Assembly (NCBI GenBank): GCA_963749495.1
Contig: CAVVMW010000023.1
Span: 128,001 to 192,000, forward strand
Length of the DNA: 64,000 nucleotides
From: an uncultured bacterium
GTDB lineage: Bacteria > Verrucomicrobiota > Verrucomicrobiia > Limisphaerales > UBA8199
Direction of reading: 5' to 3'
Below are positions 51,560-61,778 of this stretch, piece by piece; within the stretch, counting starts at the first letter, position 1; each line of letters begins with the position of its first letter. The notes beneath the pieces were generated by a model that did no database searches, was not told where the DNA came from, and saw nothing but the letters and a program-made list of their open reading frames with translations. The position numbers were made by a program, and so were the translations under genes.

Positions 51560-52273
51560 ATGAACCGTTTTCTCTTTATCACACTGCTTGCTTTGGCCGG
51601 CTTGTCCATGACCGGATTTTCCCAGACCTACTCGACCCGGTTCGAGGGCATCGAGAGCCCGCTCTCCGAAGGCGGGCGGTGGGCCAATAACGGGGTTGAC
51701 TGGACCCAAATCAGGAAGATGGACGGCATCGCCTGCGGCACTCAAACCGGGACCAACACCGGCATATACCAATACAATGATTCCTACGCCCACCTCTCCG
51801 GGTTTCCACCGGACCAGGAGGCCTGGGGAGAGGCTCGCATCGCCAAGCGCAATGCGCCCTGCACCCAGGAAGTCGAGATCCTCCTCCGATTCACCAGCTC
51901 ACCCCATCGCACGACGGGCTATGAGTGCTTTGCCAGGTGCGTTAACAGCGCGTCGTCCTACGTGCAAATTGTGAGGTGGGACGGGCCGCTTGGAAAGTTC
52001 ACGTACCTGGCTGACAAGCGCGGCACCAACTGTGGCCTGAACAACGGCGACATCCTCAAGGCCTCCATCGTCGGCAACGTCATTACGGTGTGCATCAACG
52101 GAGTCGAGAAGGCCCGGTGCACCGATGACACCTTCAAAACCGGCAATCCTGGGATTGGGGAGTTTCTGGCTTGCCAAAGCGGCAAGGGCGTTGGCTCCAA
52201 CTCCGATTTTGGGTTCGCCAGTTTTACGGCCAGGGGCCTCGGCGGGACCAACATACAAACGAGAAAACCATGA
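51560..52273 (+). CDS. Secreted hypothetical protein (beta-rich)
   Basis: Signal peptide MNRFLFITLLALAGLSMTGFS; stop overlaps the next start (ATGA). Confidence 0.7.
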   Translation: MNRFLFITLLALAGLSMTGFSQTYSTRFEGIESPLSEGGRWANNGVDWTQIRKMDGIACGTQTGTNTGIYQYNDSYAHLSGFPPDQEAWGEARIAKRNAPCTQEVEILLRFTSSPHRTTGYECFARCVNSASSYVQIVRWDGPLGKFTYLADKRGTNCGLNNGDILKASIVGNVITVCINGVEKARCTDDTFKTGNPGIGEFLACQSGKGVGSNSDFGFASFTARGLGGTNIQTRKP

Positions 52274-53202
52274 TGACTCCAACTATTTCACGCCGGCATT
52301 TTCTGGCCAGAGCCGGGGCCTCGGCCATTTCGTTGGCCGTGTTGAATCCAAAGCTCGCTGGGGTGGCGGAGGCCAAAGGCGGCACTGCGGCCGGGAAGAA
52401 AGTGGTGGTGGGCGGGCATCCGTGGGTTTACGCAGCCACCCAACCCAATTACGACATCACTCCTGTCCTCCCTGCCATCTTCGAAGATATGAATTATGCC
52501 GGTCTGGACGGGATCGAACTGATGCACACGGCGTTGCGCCCCAAGGATGCGGTGGAGCGCATCGGCGAACTCTCCCGGAAGCACCATCTGCCCGTCATTG
52601 GCATGTCCTTTGGCGGCGCCATGTGGGACCGCGCCCAGCACCAGGCGGTCCTTGACGATGCTGAGTTGATTATTCCTCGCCTGGCAACACTGGGCGGGCG
52701 CACCCTCGGCACGTCGGTCGGCCCGGCGCCAAAACGCAAGACCGAGCAGCAACTCGACGACCAGGCCGAACTCTTGCGCAAGCTCATCGCTCTGTGCCAA
52801 AGGCATGGCGTGGTCCTCAACCTCCACAACCACACATACGAAGTCGCCGATAACCTGCACGACCTCAAAGGGACTTTGTCCCGCATACCCGAGGTCAAGC
52901 TGGGGCCCGACCTGAATTGGCTGGTGCGGGCGGGGGTGGAGCCGGCCTGGTTCATCCGCCAATTTGGCAGGCAGATTGTCTTCATGCACCTGCGCGACCA
53001 GAAGAAGGATGGCCGCTGGTCGGAAGCTCTGGGGGAAGGCGACACGGATTTCGCCGCCATTGGCCGGGCGTTGCACGAGATCGGCTTCGAAGGCGACGCC
53101 GTCATCGAGCTGGCGCACGAAAAGGATTTCCACCTGACCCGTCCCCTGCGCGAAACCTGGAAGCTCAGCCGCAATTTCGTAAAGCAAGTGCTCGGGTATT
53201 GA
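52270..53202 (+). CDS. Sugar phosphate isomerase/epimerase (xylose-isomerase-like TIM barrel) with Tat signal
   Basis: ISRRHFL twin-arginine motif; DGIEL, LHNH..E, GPDLNWL, MHLRD and IEL motifs. Confidence 0.88.
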   Translation: MMTPTISRRHFLARAGASAISLAVLNPKLAGVAEAKGGTAAGKKVVVGGHPWVYAATQPNYDITPVLPAIFEDMNYAGLDGIELMHTALRPKDAVERIGELSRKHHLPVIGMSFGGAMWDRAQHQAVLDDAELIIPRLATLGGRTLGTSVGPAPKRKTEQQLDDQAELLRKLIALCQRHGVVLNLHNHTYEVADNLHDLKGTLSRIPEVKLGPDLNWLVRAGVEPAWFIRQFGRQIVFMHLRDQKKDGRWSEALGEGDTDFAAIGRALHEIGFEGDAVIELAHEKDFHLTRPLRETWKLSRNFVKQVLGY

Positions 53203-53203
53203 A

Positions 53204-55390
53204 TTGAAGTCCGCGACCCCATTGCTGGCGGCCCTTGCGCTGCTCGCCGCGTCCGGAAATGGACTCCGGGCCGCCGAGTCCGCTGCAAAACCCCTCTACC
53301 TGGACCCAGCCCAACCCGCCGAGGACCGCGCTCGAGATCTGATCTCGCGCCTGACGCTCGAGGAGAAGGCGATGCTGCTCAATCACAAGGGGACGACGGT
53401 TGAACGCTTTGGCATCAAGTGCGATGGCTGGAACCAGTGCCTCCATGGCGTCTGCTGGGATCGGCCGACGACAATGTTCCCTGTCTCGCTGGCGATGGCG
53501 GCGACATGGGATTCCAACCTCGTCTATGAGGCGGCCACAGCCATCTCGGACGAAGCGCGCGCGATCTATAACGGCTGGCATCAGGACCCGAGTTTCCCCG
53601 GCGAACACAAGGGGCTGATCTACCGCGCGCCCGTGGTCAACATCGAACGAAACCCCTGCTGGGGGCGCAACGAGGAGGCCTACGGGGAGGACCCGTATCT
53701 GACAGGACGCCTCGGCGTGGCGTATGTCAAAGGTCTGCAGGGCCATGATCCAAAGTACCTGAAGCTCGTTTCCACGCTCAAGCATTTCGCGGTCAACAAC
53801 GTCGAGCAGGGGCGCCAGCAACTCTCCGCCACCGTGCCCGAGCGGATGCTCTATGAATACTGGCTGCCGCACTTCCGCGATTGCATCGTCGAGGGTCAGG
53901 CCCAGTCGGTCATGGCCTCTTACAACGCCATCAACGGCGTCCCCAGCAATATCAACCCGCTCCTGCTCACCGACATCCTCAAGAAGCGATGGGGCTTCCA
54001 GGGCTTTGTCGTATCGGACCTGGGCGGAGTGAACAGCATGGTCAAGGGGCACATGAAAGGCCAAATGACTTATGTGGATGCCGTGGCCCAATCGCTCATG
54101 GCCGGCTGCGACTTCTCCGACAAGGAGTTCGAGACCTATCTTCCGGCGGCGGTTCGGCAGGGGCTCGCTTCCGAAGCGCGGCTCAACGACGCGGTCTTCC
54201 GGGTCGTGCGCGACCGGATCCTCCTGGGCGAGTTCGATCCCCGGGACTTGGTGCCTTACAGCAGGATTCCCACCAGTGTTGTGTGCAGTCCTGAGCACCG
54301 GGCGCTGGCCTTGAAGGCGGCCCGGGAATCAATCGTCCTGCTCGTCAACCGGAACCACTTCCTGCCCCTCGCCAAGAGCAAACTCAAGAGGATTGCCGTC
54401 ATCGGTCCCCACGCCTACATGTTCACGCCCGGCGGCTACAGCGGCAAGGCCGACAGGCCGGTCAGGCCGCTCCAAGGCATCCGGAACCGCGCCGCACCGG
54501 GGGCCGAGGTGCTTTACGCCCAAGGATGCCGGATCAGCCAAGCCCGGAGCGCCAACGCAAGCGGGGCGCCCGTGGACGGCGAGGCGGCCTCAATCGCCCA
54601 GGGGGTCGCGCTCGCCCGCGGCGCGGATGTGGCTCTCGTTTACGTCGGCACCGACAGCCGCATCGAGTCGGAAGGGCACGACCGCTCCGGCCTCGGGCTG
54701 CCGGGCCGTCAGGAGGACCTCGTCGAGGCGGTGCTGGCGGCCAACCCGAACACCGTCGTCGTGCTCATGAACGCCGGCCCGTTGGCGGTGCCTTGGCTTA
54801 AGGAAAACGTGCCCGCCATGCTCGAGGCCTGGTGGAATGGCGTCGAAGGCGGCAACGCCATCGCCGACGTGCTCTTCGGCGACGTGAACCCCGCGGGGCG
54901 TCTGCCGCACACCGTTTATGCCTCCGAAAGCCAGGTGCCCGCCCAGGATGAATACGATGTGAGCAAGGGTTTCACCTATATGTATCTGGAGGGCCGGCCG
55001 CTGTTTGCCTTCGGCCACGGCCTGAGTTACACCACCTTTGAGTATTCCAACCTCCGGGCCTCCCCCAGGCGGGTCCCGCCGACCGGCCAGGTCGCGGTGA
55101 GCGTGGACGTGGAGAACACAGGCGAGCGCGCGGGCGACGAAGTGGTTCAGCTTTACGTGCATCAGGTGGCGTGCAGCGTGAAGCGGCCGGGCAAGGAGTT
55201 GCGCGGCTTCGAACGCGTGACGTTGCGTCCGGGCGAGAAGAAGACCGTCACGTTCACCCTGCAGGCTGAAAAGCTGGCGTTTTACGACGTGACAACCCAC
55301 GGATTTGTCGTGGAGCCTGGCGCGTTCAACGTCCTGGTCGGCTCTTCGTCCGAGGACATTCGAGCCAAGGGTCAATTGGAAGTGCAATAG
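53204..55390 (+). CDS. GH3 beta-glucosidase/beta-xylosidase with Fn3-like domain
   Basis: WGRNEEAYGEDP, LKHFAVNN, VMASYNAING, GFVVSD, FGHGLSYTTF and GDEVVQLY motifs. Confidence 0.95.
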   Translation: MKSATPLLAALALLAASGNGLRAAESAAKPLYLDPAQPAEDRARDLISRLTLEEKAMLLNHKGTTVERFGIKCDGWNQCLHGVCWDRPTTMFPVSLAMAATWDSNLVYEAATAISDEARAIYNGWHQDPSFPGEHKGLIYRAPVVNIERNPCWGRNEEAYGEDPYLTGRLGVAYVKGLQGHDPKYLKLVSTLKHFAVNNVEQGRQQLSATVPERMLYEYWLPHFRDCIVEGQAQSVMASYNAINGVPSNINPLLLTDILKKRWGFQGFVVSDLGGVNSMVKGHMKGQMTYVDAVAQSLMAGCDFSDKEFETYLPAAVRQGLASEARLNDAVFRVVRDRILLGEFDPRDLVPYSRIPTSVVCSPEHRALALKAARESIVLLVNRNHFLPLAKSKLKRIAVIGPHAYMFTPGGYSGKADRPVRPLQGIRNRAAPGAEVLYAQGCRISQARSANASGAPVDGEAASIAQGVALARGADVALVYVGTDSRIESEGHDRSGLGLPGRQEDLVEAVLAANPNTVVVLMNAGPLAVPWLKENVPAMLEAWWNGVEGGNAIADVLFGDVNPAGRLPHTVYASESQVPAQDEYDVSKGFTYMYLEGRPLFAFGHGLSYTTFEYSNLRASPRRVPPTGQVAVSVDVENTGERAGDEVVQLYVHQVACSVKRPGKELRGFERVTLRPGEKKTVTFTLQAEKLAFYDVTTHGFVVEPGAFNVLVGSSSEDIRAKGQLEVQ

Positions 55391-55394
55391 CTGT

Positions 55395-56375
55395 TCAAGG
55401 CACCGCTTGGGTGAGCACGATGTTTCGGTAGGCGATGCCACCGTGGTCGCCTTGCAGGTAGATCGGTCCTGGCAATTCCTCATGGCTGTCGAAGGCTCCC
55501 CCCGTGATGCCTGGTATTTCTTTGTTGTCGATAATCGTTTGGCCGTTCTGGACGACCGTGACGAACCGCCCCATCAGCGTAATGTCGAACGTTTGCCAGA
55601 CGCCCGGGCATCGTGGCTGCTCCGGGCTCGGCGCCAGGAAACCATAGACTGCGCCCATGTGATGGCTGGGCGGTTCCTGGATGGAATCATCCTCCACCTG
55701 CACCTGGTACCGGCCACGCAAATAGATGCCGCTGTTGGCGTTGGTGGGGCAATTGACTTCCAGGTGCAGTTTGAAATCCTGGAATTTCCCATCCGTGGCG
55801 ATGTTCGAGCCGGCGGACCTGTTGACCAGACAGCCGTGTTCCACCGCCCAACTCGTCGCTTTCGGTGGATTGTCGAAGGTCCACCCGCTGAAATCCCGCC
55901 CATTGAAGAGCGTGATCGGCTCCGTCCACTTGACGTTGTCCGGCGGCTTGAGCGCGGGAGCACGTCTGCCAGTCCAGGTCCACGGGGTTCCGTTGGGCCC
56001 CTTGGCCGAGCCGGCCAGGGTTTCGCCGATCAGCTTTCCCTCAAAAACGAGGTCGGTTCGGCTGTCTTCTTCCTGCCTGGGGGAAACGAACCGAACGTGG
56101 CCGCCCTGGACGAGGACCTCGGGCAACGGGCGGGCGTTTCCCCAACGGCCCACAAAACTGGCTTTCCAGACCCCCTGACCCAGTTTCAACTCCAACCATG
56201 ATGGGAGTTGCTTCTGGTTCGCATCTTGGATCGTGAGGTCCCAACGCCCGGCCAATGCCTCGGCGGGGGCCGCTCCGGCCAGGTGGCCGGCAGCGAGGGT
56301 GCCGCCCAAGGCCAAGAGGAGCCGCAGCCAACGGGTCCGAGAGGTCGCTTGAAAGCATCTGGATCTGTATTTCAT
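55395..56375 (-). CDS. DUF1080 (3-keto-disaccharide hydrolase-like) protein
   Basis: LFNGRDFSGW, FQDFKLHLE, NSGIYLRGRY and GPIYLQGDHG..AYRNI motifs. Confidence 0.9.
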   Translation of the reverse strand: MKYRSRCFQATSRTRWLRLLLALGGTLAAGHLAGAAPAEALAGRWDLTIQDANQKQLPSWLELKLGQGVWKASFVGRWGNARPLPEVLVQGGHVRFVSPRQEEDSRTDLVFEGKLIGETLAGSAKGPNGTPWTWTGRRAPALKPPDNVKWTEPITLFNGRDFSGWTFDNPPKATSWAVEHGCLVNRSAGSNIATDGKFQDFKLHLEVNCPTNANSGIYLRGRYQVQVEDDSIQEPPSHHMGAVYGFLAPSPEQPRCPGVWQTFDITLMGRFVTVVQNGQTIIDNKEIPGITGGAFDSHEELPGPIYLQGDHGGIAYRNIVLTQAVP

Positions 56376-56462
56376 CAGAGGCAGTTTAGATCTCTATTCT
56401 CTTGCCTCTTCGAGTCCAAAATTTCGGAAGCTGGGCCTCCGAGGTTGTTTCTGTTCACTCCT

Positions 56463-56491
56463 TGCTACAGGAAAAAGGTAGGAAGGTTACA
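56463..56491 (-). promoter_or_regulatory. Putative ECF promoter TGTAACCTT-N8-TTTCCTGTAGCA, copy 1
   Basis: Identical boxes and spacing recur at 58184-58212; the AAC-containing -35 is ECF-like. Confidence 0.65.
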
Positions 56492-56538
56492 AGGCGCAAA
56501 CCTCACGGCGTCGCTGCATTGCCCAGCACGCTGTGTGC

Positions 56539-57390
56539 CTAGTCGTTGACGCTGGTGAGCTGGATCCGGAACGTGTCGAGGACCGAAGCCATGTCCATGG
56601 AATCTCCATGCGAGTATGCGAGCATGAGCCCTGCAAAGCTCTTCTGCAACGAATCCTTGGCACCTTGGAATTGTGAGAGCAGCGCCGGTTCGGGGACGTG
56701 CTCGAGTTGGAACGGCCTGCCGCTGATTTTTTCGAAGCGGGCCACCACTTCAAGCGGGCTAAGCGCCTCCGGTCCGCCAAATTCGATGACCCTCCGCTCG
56801 GCCGCACGATGTCGAAGGCCAAGCGCGCACACCTCGGCGACATCGCGGAAGGACACCCAACTGATTGGGTTGGTTCCCGGTCCGCAGATGCGAGCCGTCG
56901 CGTTCGCATAGTCGAAACCCAGGGCCGGGCTGAGCCATACCTCCATGAAGAAACTCGCCTGAATGATGGTGAAGTTCAGGCCCTTGATGGCCTGTTCGAC
57001 CCGTTGCTTGGCATCGCCCAGCGGGAACGACAGGCCGGGCGGGCGGCGAAATGACAGAAACAGAAAACGGCCCGCGTCTGCGGCCTTGGCTGCGTCCACG
57101 AGGTCCAACTGTCCGGTGGCGTCCACCGATTCAATCGAATCGCCCGGCTGGCGGGACAAAGTCGAGGAGGCGGTCGAAATCACTGCCTCGACGCCGCGAC
57201 AGGCGGCAGCCAGCGCCTGAGGTTCCTTCAGGTCGCCGAGGCACAACTCGACACCGGATGAGCGCAGGGCTTCCACCCTTTCCTTCGAGCTGGCAGCTCG
57301 AACGCGTGCTCGAATCAATTCCCCTCGCTCGGCCAGCTTTTGACAAATCGCGCTGCCCACCAGACCGGTAGCACCGACAACCACAACCAT
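56539..57390 (-). CDS. NAD(P)-dependent SDR/NmrA-like oxidoreductase
   Basis: VVGATGLVG Rossmann motif, GDLKEP, ISWVS..DVA and GGPEALS. Confidence 0.9.
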   Translation of the reverse strand: MVVVVGATGLVGSAICQKLAERGELIRARVRAASSKERVEALRSSGVELCLGDLKEPQALAAACRGVEAVISTASSTLSRQPGDSIESVDATGQLDLVDAAKAADAGRFLFLSFRRPPGLSFPLGDAKQRVEQAIKGLNFTIIQASFFMEVWLSPALGFDYANATARICGPGTNPISWVSFRDVAEVCALGLRHRAAERRVIEFGGPEALSPLEVVARFEKISGRPFQLEHVPEPALLSQFQGAKDSLQKSFAGLMLAYSHGDSMDMASVLDTFRIQLTSVND

Positions 57391-57460
57391 ATCCGGAACT
57401 ATGCCCCATCGTATGCTGCCGTCTCAAGCATTTTCATGTGGCTGACTAATGATATTCCCC

Positions 57461-57483
57461 CTCTCCCCATCCGATGGGGAGAG
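57461..57483. repeat. Short REP-like palindrome CTCTCCCCATC-C-GATGGGGAGAG
   Basis: Perfect 11-bp arms in an intergenic region. Confidence 0.7.
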
Positions 57484-57518
57484 CGAGGGAAATGTGGCGG
57501 ACCAATCGGGTGCGAGCA

Positions 57519-58067
57519 TCAATGATGCAGATCTGGACCAGGCAACTCCAGCCAACCGTCGAGTGGGCAGAAAGCCGCTGCTGCGGTCCCTGAAGCGCCG
57601 CAGGTTCCGAAGCCTTTCACTCCGTGAAAGATTCCCGTCCCCGAGGTGAGGTCGTAATAGCCGGAGGTGTTGACCACACCGGTAGCGGTGTTAATAGTAC
57701 CCGTCGTGTGAAACGTGCCATACATGCTGCCTACCTCGGTGTCGGTGTCATCATAAAAGGTGATGGTCATAGCGACGCAATGCGCGGAAATGTCCCAAAC
57801 AGGCTTGGTGGGATCCGCAATAGTGAAGTATCCGACGTTGTTCAGGCTCACGGTATAGGTGGTTTCACCCTCCAGCCCAGACACGGTCGCAGTGCCTGTC
57901 CAGCCGCTTTCGAAGAAGAGCAAGGTGGCCGGATTCCCTACCGGCGTGGCCACCGGCAGGGTGACTGGGCCGGAGACACCCGTCGAGAACCTCGCAAACG
58001 TATCGGCAAGAGCCGAGACCGCGCTGAGGGCGAGGCCGAGGGTTAAGGCGAAACGGAGTTTTTTCAT
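57519..58067 (-). CDS. Secreted hypothetical protein, possible dirigent/allene-oxide-cyclase-like beta barrel
   Basis: Signal peptide; C-terminal YDLTSGTGIFHGVKGFG resembles the I(T/V)GGTG.F.GA.G barrel motif. Confidence 0.55.
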   Translation of the reverse strand: MKKLRFALTLGLALSAVSALADTFARFSTGVSGPVTLPVATPVGNPATLLFFESGWTGTATVSGLEGETTYTVSLNNVGYFTIADPTKPVWDISAHCVAMTITFYDDTDTEVGSMYGTFHTTGTINTATGVVNTSGYYDLTSGTGIFHGVKGFGTCGASGTAAAAFCPLDGWLELPGPDLHH

Positions 58068-58183
58068 ACTGTTTTTCCTTTCTTTTTCGGAAGCTCTGCC
58101 TCCGAAGTTGTTGCTGTTAGTTCTGTTTTGTATTGGTTTGAGCGTGGAATGAACTTCTCCACTTCACGCCTTCATTCACCCGG

Positions 58184-58212
58184 TGCTACAGGAAATCCGG
58201 CGAAAGGTTACA
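58184..58212 (-). promoter_or_regulatory. Putative ECF promoter TGTAACCTT-N8-TTTCCTGTAGCA, copy 2
   Basis: 21 of 29 positions (both boxes) identical to 56463-56491; the spacer is unrelated. Confidence 0.65.
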
Positions 58213-58234
58213 AAGACTTTCGAAGACTCAGGCA

Positions 58235-59086
58235 CTAACAGTCTGGTTTCCACGTGAAACCGTCTTCCTTCCGGACCACGCGGCCCAGGCCCGGAAAGGG
58301 GAAATGAAACGACATGACCGCCGCCCCGGTATCAGCGGCGCGTTCGAGAAGACGCCGCCGGCTGGCGATCCCCTTCTCCGGATAAATGTCCACCACCGAG
58401 TACCACTCGATCCGCTCGATCATCATGGGGTGCAGGAACGTATCAACGGCGTCAATGAACGTCTCTCCTTGGGAATTGATTTCGAGGGCCAAGTGGCCGG
58501 GAGTATGACCCGGCGCCGGGATTGTGCGAATACCCGGAACAAGCTCTTCCTCGCCATCCACCAGGTCAAGCCGGTGCCGGATCGGGGGCAGCATGGCCTC
58601 GACATATTGAAGCAGCAACTGCTCGAGGTGATCGCCGCAGTTCAAGCTGGAGAGATCGGGCTTGGAGGTCCAGAAATCCCACTCGACCCTCGACATCACG
58701 TAGCGAGCATTGGGAAACGCCAGGTTGCCATCGGAGTCGAGGTTGCCGCCAATATGGTCAGCGTGGGCGTGCGTCAGGATCACCGTGTCGATGTTTCCGG
58801 GATCGATACCTTCACTCCGCAGGTTCTGGACCAGCCGCCCCGTCGTAGGCGCGAGGTTTCCGGCGCCGGTATCCACGAGCACCCGATGCTCGCCGGTATC
58901 GAGATAAAGACAAACGTAGGGCGTGGTAATTTGATCCAGGGGAAGGTGGCGCTCGCGCAGCCCCTGTTCGTAATCTTCCTTCCGGGCGTTCGCGAAGAGC
59001 AGCCCGGCAGGGTAGGCGAAGGTCCCGTCGCTCACAGCCAGGCAATCAAAGGCCCCGATCTTGAATCGGTGTGTCTCAGCTTCCAT
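58235..59086 (-). CDS. MBL-fold metallo-hydrolase
   Basis: VLVDTGAG, ILTHAHADHIGG, APGHTPGH and HFPFPGLG motifs. Confidence 0.93.
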   Translation of the reverse strand: MEAETHRFKIGAFDCLAVSDGTFAYPAGLLFANARKEDYEQGLRERHLPLDQITTPYVCLYLDTGEHRVLVDTGAGNLAPTTGRLVQNLRSEGIDPGNIDTVILTHAHADHIGGNLDSDGNLAFPNARYVMSRVEWDFWTSKPDLSSLNCGDHLEQLLLQYVEAMLPPIRHRLDLVDGEEELVPGIRTIPAPGHTPGHLALEINSQGETFIDAVDTFLHPMMIERIEWYSVVDIYPEKGIASRRRLLERAADTGAAVMSFHFPFPGLGRVVRKEDGFTWKPDC

Positions 59087-61770
59087 GGGTCCCTCCTGGC
59101 GCCGGCAGCCTGGCGCGACCGAGCATTTCCTGAAGCCGGGTGTCAGAGCGAAAGGCGTCAAAGGCCGGATCCACGTTGAAGTAGGCCATCCTCACCGACC
59201 TTTCTTCGCAGGCGTTCCCAAGCCACACCAGCGTTTGATCGCGGTTCCCCAGGCCCGCCCAGATGCCCGCAATAGAATAAGCGGAGACGTACCTTTGAGG
59301 GCTGATCGTTTCCAGCCCCTGGAGAAGCTCCCGGGCTTTGTCTTCCTTGCCCCAGAGCGCATAGGTGCGAGCGAGCGAGGCCAGGATGGCCGGATTTTCT
59401 CGGGCCAGTTCCAGGCCGCGTTGAAAGTGCCCAAGGGCGTCCTCGAAGCGGCCAAGCTGTTCGCAGGCATACCCCAGGAGCCAGAAAGAAAGGTAATAAC
59501 CTGGCTCGATCTCCAGGCTGTTCCGGACCTTCTGGATTGCCTCTTCGTAGCGTCGGGCGCAAAAGGAGAGGAAGACGTCTGCGAGAGAAGGGCGGCTGAT
59601 AGCGGGTCCAGTTCGAGGCCTTGACGGATTTCGTCGGCGGCCTTGTCGAATTCCCCCAAGCCGGTAAGAATCTCCCCATATACCTGGCGCGCTCGAGGAT
59701 AGTTTGGGTTGAGCGCGATGGCCCTTTGGATTGTCTTCAGGGCGGCTTCGCGGTCGCGTTCGTAGATGAAGAGCACGACGGCAAGAGGGGTATGGGCTTC
59801 GGCAAGCTGATCGTCGAGCTCGAGCGCTTTCATGGCCCAAGCCTTCCCCTTGGGAAAGGCCTCAGCCGGGGGGACATACTCCCAACGTCCGAGCGGCATA
59901 TAGGATTCGGCGAGCCCGGCGTATGCCAGCGCGTACATGGGGTCCACTTCGATTGCCTGTCGGAAGAATTCAATTCCTTTCCGAATGCTCTGCTCGGTGC
60001 GTTTGTTCCAAAAGAATCGGCCTTTGAGGTAGAGTTCGTAGGCCCGGCGGTTTTCGGTGGGGCGCTTGGCGAGCCGCTTCTTCTCGCGCTCCGTCAGCTC
60101 CACTCGGAGGTTTTCGCAGATCTCGCGGGCGATCTCCTCCTGCACTGTGAACACATCCTGAAGAGGCCGCTGGAACTGCTTGCCCCAGAGCCGCCACCCA
60201 TTGGTGGCGTCCACCAGTTCCGCCTCAATGACCAGGCTGTCGCCTCGTTGCACGACTCTCCCGGTCAGCACCGCCCGGACGTTCAAATCCCGCCCGACCG
60301 CCTGGGGATCGGCCGCCCGCCCCTTGTAGCGGAAGACCGTGCTGCGCGCCATCACCCGGACCTTGGGGAATTCCGAAACGCTGTGAATGATGCTCTCCGT
60401 GATTCCGTCGGTGAAATACTCGGCGCCGGGGTCAGAGCCCGCGTTCTCGAACGGCAGCACCGCGAGCGAATCCAAGGCCTTGCGTGGGGAGCGCGGCCGC
60501 GCGCCGGACCCGGTGACTGGCTTGGCGGCCGTGCGGCCGCCGTCGGTGTCCCGTTTAAGGCGCTTCAGGTCGGAAAGCAAACCCGACACGTTCTGGTAGC
60601 GCTTATTGCGGTGCTTCTCGAGCGCTCTGCCGATGACGCGTTCCAGCCCGGCGGGAGCAAGGGGGTTCAACTGAGTCGGAGGGATGGGCGCGCGGTTGAG
60701 AATGGCATCAATGACAACGGCGTAAGTGTTTCCCGGGAACGCCGGCTTGCCTGTGGCCATCTCATAGAGAACAACGCCGGAACTGAACACGTCAGTGCGC
60801 GCGTCCATTTCTTCGCCGCGCGCCTGTTCTGGAGACATGTACGGCACTGTCCCCATGGCGACCCCGGCACTCGTCGCGTATTCTTCCCCGCTCGCCGTTG
60901 GCGGATTCGCGGCCCCAGTTCCTTCCGCTGCCCATCCTGGTGGCGCGGATAGCTTCGCAAGCCCAAAATCAAGGACCTTGGCCTGGCCTCGCCCGCTAAT
61001 GAAAATATTCGCCGGCTTGATGTCCCGGTGAATGATGCCCTTGGAGTGCGCCGCATCCAAGGCATCGGCAACCTGGACCGCCAGTTCCAGCAGTTCGTCC
61101 GTCGGGACCGGCCCTTCCGCAATGCGGTGCTTCAGTGTCCGCCCTTCCAGAAACTCCATTACGATGAAGGGCTGCTCCTCGAACTGGCCGATGTCGTGAA
61201 TCACGCAAATGTTGGGGTGATTGAGCGCGCAAGCGGCATGGGCCTCGCGCCTGAATCGCGCCAAGGCCTGGGGCTCTCAGCGAGTGCTTCGGGCAGGAAC
61301 TTGAGGGCGACAAAGCGGGGTAGTTTGGTGTCTTGGGCCTTATAGACGACCCCCATTCCCCCGCTGCCCAACGGCTCGAGGATGCGGTAGTGAGAAATGG
61401 CCTTGCCCAGCATCGGTCGGATGGACGAGCCGCCCAAGGCGTTTCCTGCTTCGAGAGCGGAAAGGGGTGGCGGGGCGGGGCCGCTTGGAATCTCCCGCTC
61501 AGTGACGACCACCGCCTCGGCAGGGGCTACACTCTGCAGCGGATCCTGTTGGCCCATGAGGCCCTCGGGCCGCCCTCTAACCGGAATCACAGGGGTGGGG
61601 GCGTTCCGGCCAGGCCCATCGGCGGCGGCGTCCACGCCGGAGCCCAGACCGCCGAGCAACATGCAGGCGGGGCAAAGTCCTTCCGGCGCGCAGGCGCTCC
61701 GCGGCGTGCCGCACCGTTCGCAACGTCGAGCCGCCGGCATGGGACCAGTCTCGGTGCTCGTCGCTTCCAT
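59076..61770 (-). CDS. Hanks-type Ser/Thr protein kinase with N-terminal zinc ribbon, TolB-N-like and TPR domains; two frameshifts (near 61271 and 59585)
   Basis: CERCG...[46 protein letters not shown] and TPRs, spread over ORFs 61201-61782, 59192-61264 and 59076-59840. Confidence 0.88.
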
Positions 61771-61778
61771 ACCGTGAG

